Assembly: GCA_012295275.1 (NCBI GenBank)
Contig: CM022679.1
Location: 23,002,001-23,066,000, forward strand
Direction: 5' to 3'
DNA length: 64,000 bases
Source: Chrysomallon squamiferum
Lineage: Eukaryota > Animalia > Mollusca
Positions 15,298-35,931 of this stretch are shown here, piece by piece (the first letter of the stretch is position 1; the number at the start of each line of letters is the position of its first letter). Made by a program: the position numbers and the translations under genes. The notes beneath the pieces are model-generated. The model made no database searches, had not been told where the DNA came from, and saw nothing but the letters and a program-made list of their open reading frames with translations.

Positions 15298-15967
15298 AAA
15301 TCATTAGGAAAAGTATGCGATCTAGGTATATGTGTGTAAATATGAATAGATAGATAGAAAGATAGATAGATAGATAAAACAATATAAAAAATGGATGTAT
15401 GAGACAAATTTTGTTCACAAGTGAATGACCTTAAAAGTACGCCTTACTTCAAAACAACAAACTCAAAAGGCAGACAAAATTGTTTATTTCGCATGTGTTC
15501 CACGCTTCATCAAACGGAGCGTCAATTAATACATCTGTGTAGTACGAAATTAATACAAGTGCAGTTAGCTGTAAAAACCTTTTGTTCAACTGTTACTCTG
15601 AAAACGATTTTCATTCAATGCATCTAGTGCGGCTGTTTACCGTTATTTACGTACCCACAGAAAATCACATCGTAGAATTTTCAATGTGGATCAGATATAA
15701 ATATTTTAAAATACAGTTTTGGGTGATTTGAAAATACAGTTTAAATATTCTGAATACCACCGTGTTATGCTTTTTTTTTTTCATCTTTTTTTTTTTGTGT
15801 CGTTTATCTGTTAATCTTGATTAATAATGAAATGTAGCAAATAAAGAGTATACATGTCAAAAATATCAGGGCGACGCCATTTTTATTTATTTTTTATATT
15901 TTTTTTATAGTTATCGGGTTATCGCGTCCTGGTGAGTTAATTTATTTGAAACTTTCTGTGAAGAAAA

Positions 15968-15998
<31 letters not shown>

Positions 15999-16424
15999 AA
16001 AATATAGCTGTCAGTTCGCTATCTACGTGATGACGTCACGACTCCAACAGTGAAGGGGAAAATGGCGGCGCTCAAATGTTTTGTAACGGTGTTGTTTTTT
16101 GGCCATAATTTGCTATGAGCGATTCCAGATAGAGCGAAGCAATAAAACAATAACTTCGAACTGATTAGATTCTTTTTCGAAAGTTTATGCAAATTACCAC
16201 AGGTCACACTTTAGTGCAGATTCTCAGGAAATGACAACAATAATATTATTATAATTTACTGTAACAGCTTTTCCTTTCAAATATTGTGGTCAGAATGAAT
16301 TTCTTTCACTACAGAAAGAGCGCTAATTTATCCAGCAAATGAAGTGTACGTAGCACTGTTGTTATATTTTCTGAAACTACACATTCATTATTGATCTGTT
16401 CTAGCTAATTGTTTCGTGCATTGA

Positions 16425-16516
16425 TATAAATAAGAGAAAACAGAATTAGAGCATTACAGACATATTGGAGGACGACATAAAATACACCTAGACAAAAAAA
16501 AAACAAGTTTGTAAGT
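16425..16516 (+). promoter_or_regulatory. Candidate TATA box and non-coding first exon of hairpin peptide copy 3
   Basis: TATAAA at 16425 and a consensus GTAAGT donor at 16511. The coding exon at 17248 starts with an acceptor 6 nt before the ATG, so an upstream UTR exon is implied. Confidence 0.4.
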
Positions 16517-16619
16517 AGTTGTCTTGTTTTCTGAATTTTCAAAAATTTGATTACAATTAAAGGGTACTTTGATAATACGAAGAAATAGCCTAAACAGCTT
16601 TTATATATTTCCAAATTAC

Positions 16620-16668
<49 letters not shown>

Positions 16669-17189
16669 ATTACGTAACTTTTAACAGGAAACTATTGTTA
16701 TTACTTCACGTACTTCTTTCACCAGTTAACAAGAAAACAAACTTTAATTTGAGTTCAGATAACTGTATGGTTTCCAAGCAGTGTTTCAAGATGTCCATCG
16801 GTTATATTGCACGCTAGTGATAACGTCCTGCGAAGGTCAACTTCAGTTTTGTAACCTGTTCAGTTATATCTGTGACATTTGTTTATTTCACTTTTAACCA
16901 GATGTTTATTTTTCGATCCTGGTATGTGATTTTCTTAACATACTTTTTTTCCCAGTCTTTGTTTGAGCGACTGCTAGTTAAATTCCTCGCCTGTTTGATT
17001 TTCGTCTTGTATGCCATTGCTGAAAAGACGCATGACTTGCAAATTTTTGTCTTCAAGCAGGTTTCAAGCTTTCCCTAGAAGATGTCACGGTACGTTTGCA
17101 AATGCGGATCAGACAGTCATGATTCTTCTGTGAATCTCTTTTTCTTCGCCGTAAAATTCATCTACCCAATCATTCTTTTGTACCTGCAT

Positions 17190-17241
<52 letters not shown>

Positions 17242-17253
17242 TTTCAGACAACA

Positions 17254-21030
<3,777 letters not shown>

Positions 21031-22087
21031 CGCTTTCAAAACCGACCAAGAGTTCGGGATTTAATAAAAGATCTCTCTAAAACACCAGTCTGGAATATTG
21101 ACAATAAAGCACTGACTGAAAACAGAACCACCAGTGTTTTTGTTATTTTTGTTTTATCTTAGAAATATTCCAGTTCTGTTTTTGAGAAATCTTGTAGGAT
21201 GGTGGTGGATGTTGATGGTTTAATAATATGCGATTTCGAAACGGAAAAACAAAGTTAAGATTAGTATAATACAGGATTAGGGGATCCTAACGTTTTCTGA
21301 GGTGTGTATTTGGATACTGTAGGTATCGAGATATCTTTGGATATCTTACTGTGGCTTGGTGAGTGTCAGTGTGTGTGTGAACGTGTGTGTGTGTGTGTGT
21401 GTGTGTGTCTGTTTGTGAATAGCTTGGTTATCACTATGTGCAGAGATATCACAGGCATCTTGATAAATCCGGTATCTTAATATCACTTTGATGGTGATAC
21501 GACTGTATCTTGAAATCTTGCGTATCACTGTGTGGGGTGGTTATCACTATGTGGGGTGGATATCACAGATTTCTCGATATCATGGCTATCTTGATATCTT
21601 GGTTATCAATTTGTCTGGGATATAAGAGGTATCTTGATATTTTGGGTATCACTGTGTATATGTAGGCGTCGGATTTCAGAAGTATATTTATATACAATGT
21701 ATGACTGTGAGGGACGCACGTAAAATTCATATATACACATTACCTATACCAATATAAAGGTAATGTAATAGTTTTAATGGTAATGAACAAACAAACAAAC
21801 AAAAACAACAACAAAAAAGGAAAAAAAAAAAAAATAGAACAAAAACAACAACAATTACAACAACAACATTCAGGTTTGTTGTTTTATTAAACACGAAACG
21901 AAACGTTAAAAAAACAACAACAGACAAACAAATAAATAAATCCAAAACCTCGGAATTACGAAAACACTATCATAACCACTGTGCAGCACTGATTATATTG
22001 ATACTCATACATAATTCATAAACAGCACCTTTTCAGACTGATATCTCAGTTTTGTTGTCGTTTTATAGTACCTGCAGTGTGGTAAAC

Positions 22088-27892
<5,805 letters not shown>

Positions 27893-27967
27893 TAACCCAG
27901 CATCCTAAAGTATTCGATAATATGATAGTTCAGCCAGCTTTAAGACTAATACATGTAGCTTGGCTTA

Positions 27968-28036
<69 letters not shown>

Positions 28037-28303
28037 CATAATAATAATAATAAATAAATAAATAATAAATAAATCAGTCAATCAATAATGTTCTGTCTTT
28101 TATTTTTTTATGTTATCGTTTACGTAAGTGTACTGATATAGTTTTCATGAGAGGCAATAAAATAATGTTCTTTGATACATGGCTTGCACACAAATGTAGG
28201 AAAATACAATATACTGAACCACAGAACGAGTTATATAGAAACAGGTATTGACAGTCAAAATGTCTACATGGTACAGTTTCTTCCCTTAGTTATACATCTT
28301 TTT

Positions 28304-28393
<90 letters not shown>

Positions 28394-28989
28394 GAGAGAG
28401 ATTTCTATCTTTATTTCAACAAAAGTTCAGGCTTGTAACGTTCTCCAGATTGCCATTAAAAAAACAAACATTTAAAGTAAATGACGATTTTGCCAGCTTA
28501 TAATCTTTTACACTTTTATATACAAAATCTTTTTAGACTCAAAATTCATCGGTATTTTCTCTCAATATTTAAAATGCATTAAAATGCATAATTCTAATGT
28601 TTAGAATGAAAAGACTTGTGTAAAGGTCTATTAAAAGACGTACTTCAAACCATAAACGTGGACGAGGAAAATACTGGGAGGAGGGTGTGGTCAAATGACC
28701 AAGTACGACAGGCTATGTTTCACTTCACCACCCTGATCAGTAGAGCAGTAAGTTTATAAAACTAAATATATTTCAGTTTGTTTTTCTCGAGGGATTTTCA
28801 AGTTCTTTAGGATTTTCTGGCTTCCAAAATGCGACTATTTGATGTTGATGACTGACAAAATTCAACACGTGACAATTTATCAGGTCCTGAGTAAAGAGCT
28901 TTTTCAGTTCACCTTTAATTTCAGTCATATGAAAAGCTTTTAGACATCTAGACAGTTTGTGTGTGTGTGTGTCTGTGTGTGAGGGAGGG

Positions 28990-29173
<184 letters not shown>

Positions 29174-29299
29174 AATAATATCTGCGATTGCTCACAGAAC
29201 TGCCTACATGATTTTACCACCAGCCTGAAAAGAGGTGAAGACAAAGGCAATTTAGATCTAAATTCTTTTTTCTTATAATTTAACATGAAACACAATGAC

Positions 29300-29670
29300 G
29301 AAACACTTACGATATACCGAAGAACAAAGAAAGATAACAACACTGACGAACACAAAAAATATCGCGACAAACTACCCAAAAACTGAAGTACACATAGTAC
29401 ATAAATATAAGTCGATTTGATATACGCTGTTCCGAAAACTTCTGGCCATTTATCAGGCATGTTTGGGATTTTTGGATTGCTCTTTTTTTCTGGCTTATAT
29501 AGTTGTAGCAGTAATAGTAGTAGTAGTAGTGGTAGTAGTAGTAGCAGTAGCAGTAGTGGCAGTAGTAGTAGTAATAGTAGTAGTAGTAGTAGTAGTAGTG
29601 ATAGAACTGGTGGTAGCAGCAGCAGCAGTAGTAGTAGTAGTAGTAATAGTAACAATAAAACAAATGAATG
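29300..29670 (+). repeat. Dispersed repeat with internal (AGT)n; inverted homologues at ~38700-39050 and ~47075-47400
   Basis: ccatttatcaggcatgtttgggatttttggatt..tatagttgtagcagtaatagtag matches the reverse complement of 47200-47277 and, more weakly, of 38830-38890. Confidence 0.7.
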
Positions 29671-30110
29671 TTACTTGCCAAAAAATGTCCAGTGTTCTAC
29701 ACTCACCCAAGAAGCATAGCTACTTTGTTTAGTTATCATATTACGACTAAACTTTGCGATACAAGGGGCATTAATATTTTTCTTCCAGCTCCAGATGTTA
29801 AAAAAAAATTCAATAATGAAAGAAAGAAAGAATTTTATTTTCATTTTCATTTTCACCAGCTTTGCGGAAGCTTTGAATGCGAACTGTTACTTCTAAGAAA
29901 GGAAGTTTGGTTAATTTAACAAGACAGAAATCGTAGCAAAATCTTCTATACAATCTGTACGAAACCTCAAGATTTCCACTGTTTTTTTCACAATAAAACA
30001 ACAACAAAAAGGCCGAATTATATATCATTTAATTGTAATCCTTCAAACTTCTTAAAATCTGTGCGGTCAGTTGTACCTGATAATAATAATAATAATAATA
30101 ACAATAATAA

Positions 30111-30860
30111 TTAAAGAACAATAATATTAGCATGCTTACTCTTAATAATCGCAAAAACTGAACTCAATTTATCAGTATCCCTCAATCCATTCACATTTAA
30201 GGTAAACAAAATTAATCTAAATTTAAAAAGTTATTATAACTTTATCCACTCTATACGTTCTAAAGCTTATTAATGTCCACCTCTTCATACTCATTCATAG
30301 CTTTTAAAACACTTTCCACTCACACCTTTCATATGGGCAGCTTGTCTTCCTTTGTTTTCTTTTTTCAACGAAGCTCCAAATTTTCTCATGCGACGGACAC
30401 TTAATAATGTTAGTCTAGACCGACGTGTTCATTTTCTCGACTGATTCTTTTCTGTCGGCGTTCTTGTTGATACTTTTCATTGTTGTGTTTTCATCTGAGT
30501 TGTCTTCTGTGTTCATTCCATCCTGCGTTTTTGTTTTCTTTTTCCTGAATACTCTTCATTCCTGTTGCTTTTGTTTGCTTCTAGTTTCATTTTCGTTTTC
30601 CCGGTCATGTGTGCTTACAACAATCCGTGCTGTCACTGTCATTTTCACTGTCTTGCTTGTCATCACTGTCATATTCATACTTGCTTTGACCACATGGCTG
30701 TCAGACAAACAGTTACAGCAAACTTTTATTTGATTATAATGTAAAACTTTAAAGTATTTGAAGCTTTCCACCGTCTTAAATTTCTTTGAATAGAGTAAAC
30801 TTTTTTACTTCTGAGAGAATGCTGATTGTAGCTCGTTCCGTTCGCTATTTTTGTTCACTG
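30111..30860 (-). mobile_element. Decayed Tx1/L1-type non-LTR retrotransposon relic (ORF1 zinc knuckle + ORF2 AP-endonuclease start)
   Basis: Minus strand gives IANGTSY../KSLLYSKKFKTVESFKYFKVLHYNQIKVCCNCLSDSHVVKA (CX2CX4H knuckle, frameshifted), then ~450 bp on FTLNVNGLRDTDKLSSVFAIIKSKHANIIVL* (APE motif I) at 30206-30111, in the expected ORF1-ORF2 order. Confidence 0.75.
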
Positions 30861-31181
30861 ATAAAACCTTATGTAAACTGGTGTTAATATCTCAATATTC
30901 GCTGCTTTCAGCTTTTCTTCCCGAAAACAAATAACGCGTGTACTTGTGAATTTTTATTTTAAAAGTATATAAGTCTTGAAACTTTGTATTGCATCGACAG
31001 TATTATGTTTCCATAATTAGATTTTCAGATATTTAATTGGATCAGTTATGTACTTAGAAACTGTGTATTTCACTAGGATAAGATCGGGAGTTTTGGAGAA
31101 TGGGTGGTGATGAAACTTTATAACGATTAAAAAAGATGAATGAATAAATATAAAAATATAATAAAACAAAAACAAACAAAC

Positions 31182-31193
31182 AAAAAAAAAAAA
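31182..31193 (-). terminator. Pol III terminator (T12) of the tRNA-Gly gene
   Basis: T-run on the minus strand starting 10 nt after the tRNA discriminator base. Confidence 0.6.
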
Positions 31194-31202
31194 GTATACA
31201 GA

Positions 31203-31251
31203 TGCGTCGGCCGGGAGTCGAACCCGGATCGACTGCTTGGAAGGCAACCAT
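31203..31251 (-). tRNA. tRNA-Gly(TCC), 3' part (gene interrupted)
   Basis: ATGGTTGCCT-TCC-AAGCAGTCGATCCGGGTTCGACTCCCGGCCGACGCA: anticodon loop, T-arm/B-box and acceptor 3' strand. Confidence 0.92.
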
Positions 31252-31589
31252 TTTTTTTTTTTTTTTATATGTATGTATTTTATTAATTATTACAATTGTT
31301 CTATGCATTTTAAGACAATACTTTTTTAATATTTTGTAATTGACAAAATAAACAATACAGATGTAATTATTTGATAAAATAACGAAAACAGATGTGAAAC
31401 CCATATAAAAATTTAAAAAAAGAAAAACCATAAACTGAATTTCAAGAACATTTAATGTTATAAATATTATCAGTAATTTTTTCTTTAAGTTCTTTTTTGT
31501 TTAGAACAAAATTAAATAAACATCTTTTCAGCATTAAGATATTATTTCCTCATAATCATTCTCTATTTATTACATGTATTGCACGTTTT

Positions 31590-31622
<33 letters not shown>

Positions 31623-33975
31623 AGAATTAATTAAAATCTGTGTATTTCCTTCTTTAATATCCTATAAAATCTATCTTTGTCATAAAGAAAAAAAACACAT
31701 AACACTGTTTAGTAATAGAGATTATTATTTTTTTAATTTTGAGACTAGAAGTGAAGAATGTTGAGCTTCAAATGCAACAATAAAAAGGCTTGCAGGTAAA
31801 GACATTACACCACATGCAAAATAACAGCATGAATGAAGAGAACGATAATATTTCAATTTCACCGTAAATTAAGAAATAATTCTGTATTTCTAAAATTTTA
31901 TTTACTCTTTTCCGTATCAATAATTTTTTTTTAGTAAATATACATCTTTTTTTAATAATTTAATTTATATTTGCTAAATTGCATTTTTATTTCACCAAAC
32001 CATTACTTAATTAACCTAATATAAAACACAGCACATACATATATTTTTGTCTATAGATACATGCATGTAGAAAGAAAGCAAAAAATGGAAATTACATTTT
32101 CAAAACCTTTCTGCAAGTACAATTATTTAACATATCACACATCTAAGTGTATCAGTTAAGTAAATAACAACACTAACTATATACACAATACAATTAAATT
32201 AACAAATATACTTTGTCAAATAAAGATAGGATAATTATTTCTCAATTTTTGCCAAGGCTTATTTTGATGAAATATACCTGTTAAACAGTAAATGAAACCA
32301 ACACTTATAAAAACTAGACTGAAAATTTATTATGGTAAACAACTTATTTTACTGGCAAAAATTATTTTAAGTCATTAGGTTTTCTTTGATCAAATGCTCT
32401 CAAATGTGAACTGATGTTTTACCATTTTAGAATTGTGAATTGATAAACAATAATCTGTAATTCAGTATAAAATAAGTAAGTGAATAAATAAATAATTCAA
32501 CAACTAAAATAACAAATAAAAAACCCCTAAAAAAGAACACCCAAACATTTATAAGTGATTTTTGCTTATTTTAACTGATCCATAAATATATCAGGCAAAT
32601 TAACATTAGACAAAATCAAGCATTTATATTCCTTTCACTGTTATTTACTAAATTAATTTATGTAATATTTAATTATTTTATTTTCTCTTGCAACTGTATG
32701 GATATCAATTATTAAAGACATTTTATTTTAATAATAATAATAATAATAATAATTATAATAATAATAATAATAATAATAATAAACACGTGTATTATATAGA
32801 ATACAATGAATCAACAGATATATAAATTATAAGCAACATCCAAGTATAATGACAAAATACGAATACTACAGAGAAAATTCATCTAATAACTGAGACTTAT
32901 TGAAATGATTATTTTTAGATCAACACTTTTTTAAGTCACCTAAATAAACTATATATGCATGTATGTATGTACCATGAATTATCAGAAAAATAATCATAAT
33001 TTAGATCATTATGAAACATTTAACATTTATACTCATATACATTCTGTTCACACAAGTCTGTTACATGCACACAGACACATGCTGAGAAAAAGAAAAACAA
33101 CTTGCAAAAAAATTTAATCTGACAAAAGAAAATGTCAAATTTTAGCCTGTCTAGAAAGCTTTTTTAACCTGAGTGATTATTTCACTCATTGACCGACTCA
33201 CTACCAAGACTACAACACACAGCCAATATCGAAAACAGTTTTAGTCTATGGCAGGAGTACTTTAGTTTATTTCATACTTTCTGTGAGTGTATGTTCACAA
33301 GAGTCATTCATAATATACAGAAACTGTTATGCCAGTATAACTTTTAGTGACCTCCCTTGGAATGCTGTATCAACCATTGTAAAGTTATGTCTATATTTTC
33401 CTTTTCCTTGCATGAAATCGAATAGCAACATATTTCTCTGTCCTGGATAGCTGAAAGATTCATCCTCTCTATAAGTTCCTTTTCATCAAGTGCTTCAGAT
33501 AAATCTCTTTTGTTTCCCAACACAAGTACAGGAATGCCCTGCAGCTGTGGTTTATCAAGCAGGTTGTGTAGCTCATTGCGGGATGCCTCCAGTTTGTCAT
33601 GATCTGCTGCATCAACCATAAATACTATAGCATTTACACCTCTGCAGTATCGTTCCCACATGCTCCTGAAACGAGGCTGGCCACCAATGTCCCACAGCTT
33701 GATTGTTACATTTCCTTTAGTAATCTTCCGCATATTAAAGCCAACTGTAGGAATCATATCTTCACTGAACTGACCCGACGCAATAACATTTACAAATGTG
33801 GTCTTTCCTGAGTACTGCAACCCTACTAAAGTTAATTCCATCTCTTCTTTCCAGAAAAGACTTCTAAACCAATCTAATATTCTTTGTAAAAACGCAAACA
33901 TGATGGCTTTGTGATAATAAAGAATGATAGAACGAACGCCTTCTTTCTTCTTCCTGATTACAGGAAGTACATCCC
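31252..33975 (-). mobile_element. Processed ARL8 mRNA retrocopy (74-nt 5'UTR, CDS, ~2.1-kb 3'UTR, poly(A))
   Basis: Intronless CDS; AATAAA at 31284-31279 followed by A16 (31266-31251); flanking direct repeat aggcaaccat at 31242-31251 and 33976-33985. Confidence 0.9.
33344..33901 (-). CDS. ARL8: ADP-ribosylation factor-like 8 GTPase, 185 aa, intronless
   Basis: [92 protein letters not shown]: classic Arl8. The true start is the ATG at 33901, not 33985. Confidence 0.97.
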   Translation of the reverse strand: MFAFLQRILDWFRSLFWKEEMELTLVGLQYSGKTTFVNVIASGQFSEDMIPTVGFNMRKITKGNVTIKLWDIGGQPRFRSMWERYCRGVNAIVFMVDAADHDKLEASRNELHNLLDKPQLQGIPVLVLGNKRDLSEALDEKELIERMNLSAIQDREICCYSISCKEKENIDITLQWLIQHSKGGH

Positions 33976-34008
33976 AGGCAACCATGCTAACCGTTACACC
34001 ACCGACGC
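33976..34008 (-). tRNA. tRNA-Gly(TCC), 5' part (gene interrupted)
   Basis: GCGTCGGTGGTGTAACGGTTAGCATGGTTGCCT: acceptor 5' strand pairs perfectly with CCGACGC of the 3' part; contains the A-box/D-arm. Confidence 0.92.
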
Positions 34009-34213
34009 CATATTATGTGCATTTCAGAAATGTGTCCTGACCCGGTATTTTCTTCATCGCAGGCGTTGGAAAGAAAAAAACACTGTTACTACAATGTGTA
34101 AATCGTGGCCGTCTTTGATGCCACTCTGCGGCGGAAATAAATATATCTTAAAAAAATCACATAAAAACAAGTACAGAGTCAGGAAACATTTCTGAAATAT
34201 AACATATAGTACA

Positions 34214-34239
34214 GCGTCGACGGAGTAACGGTTGCCTTC
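34214..34239 (+). pseudogene. Degenerate tRNA-Gly 5' fragment
   Basis: GCGTCGACGGAGTAACGGTT-GCCTTC matches the tRNA 5' end at 17/20, with a 9-nt deletion between the two GGTT repeats. Confidence 0.45.
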
Positions 34240-34647
34240 TTGTTCTGTTGATATTTCGGAGATTTTTGTGGTTACGGTGATTAAATAAAACGAGTTCTAC
34301 ACCTGGGTGGATTAAACATATTTCTTATAGCGGTGTCGGAAATGTTTAATCTAATAAAAAATACTACGAGTCTTAGTGTTTATTAGCAACCACCCCAACG
34401 ATAAATAACCGATTAAAACTTACTGAGCAATGAAAAACATAATACAAAGCTATCACAAACTGTTGGTGTATTATATAATAACAAATTAATATAATTATCC
34501 TTCTCAGTATATTTCTTTCTTATTATGTGGCGTACTATTAAACAGTATATCTATTTTGTGATATAAGTCTATTTATGAGATTTTTTTTTTTTTTTTTTTT
34601 TTTTATTTTTTTTTTTTTATCACATGGTTTTCTTTTCCCAAAGATTA

Positions 34648-34678
<31 letters not shown>

Positions 34679-34842
34679 ATAGTCTCTCATATCTCTTAAA
34701 TAGTCTCTCTTATATCTATCTATCTATCTATCTATATGGTATTTATTTTTCTTTATGATTTAACGCAGAAACACCAATTTTTATCTAAATTGGGACAGAC
34801 AACATTATATGCATCCATAATCATCAAGTATTTTACCTAACT

Positions 34843-34991
34843 GGGCAATTCCATGACTCAGAAGACAAAAGAATAATAATAATTTCAATATTTCATTATG
34901 CAAAGCGTGAAAATGTATTCCCAAAACTTCTAACTTACCAAAAAAAAAAAAAAAAATAAAAAATAAAAAAAATAATAAAAAAGTAAGTAAA

Positions 34992-35023
<32 letters not shown>

Positions 35024-35931
35024 TTAAAAAAATGAAAATGAAAATTCTTACTCACTGTTATTTTTTCCTTGTCAATCTGACATGTTCTTTCTAATTCGCT
35101 TAGTACTATCCAGGGCAAAATAAAATAAAAAAATGTATCTGAGACAGAAAAGAAAACTGTAACATCAGTCACAAGTAAAGTAAGTGCAGTGTAACATCCG
35201 TCACATGCATACAAATCAAGAAAAGATTTTACAGCTGCAGCATTTTTTTGAACAAAATGTCATTGCACAAAATACCAGTGATACTGTTACCCACAATTCG
35301 TCGGTACTGCCTCTGATGAAGAAACACGAAATGAATCCCTCAGTGGAAAGAGGTGTTTGCTGCTGTCGGAACCATCAGAGGAATTTCTCGGTTCCACTAC
35401 CTCACCCCTGAGAATAGTCGCTGTGTCACCTTCATTTTGACGAACGATAAAGTATAATGAAGAGTTCACCCATTGTGATTAATCATGCTTTTGAAAAAAA
35501 AAAAAAAAAAAAAACACTCACATTCTGATCATGCATTAAAATGAGGTTTTCATCACCAGATGCTGCTTAATACGGACAGATAAGTTAATGTTACGTTATC
35601 GGACAAAATGTAACATCCGTCACACAAGATGAATTAAAACTGGTTGTCTTCTGTAGACTTTCACTCCAATGGAAAATATTTATTTCAACAATTTATAGAT
35701 TTCAGACAGTTTTTCACCCATGTCCTTTTCATGTAGCATCCGTCACGCTAATACTTCTCATTACATATCAGCCCATTCATATTCCTGATCTCCTTTCTCT
35801 GTGACACCAAATAGTCCTGGACACAGGCAAGCCTGTTACTTAGAGCCATGTTCCTACGACTTTAGTAAACAGAGCAGTTGGAATGATCTCCAACCCCTTT
35901 GAATGTAACGTCCATCACCGTCGAATTGCCT
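34843..35931. mobile_element. Probable non-autonomous DNA transposon
   Basis: Short terminal inverted match GGCAATTC/GAATTGCC and five copies of tgtaacatccgtcac-like motifs (~35159, 35190, 35609, 35733, 35904). Confidence 0.45.

Noticed and set aside
33902-33985. 28-aa N-terminal extension of ARL8 in the ORF track
   Set aside because: That ATG lies in the duplicated tRNA sequence; the conserved Arl8 start is at 33901.
31203-34008. tRNA with a giant intron or a trans-spliced split tRNA
   Set aside because: The break precedes the anticodon rather than position 37/38, and poly(A) plus a 10-bp duplication indicate retroposition.
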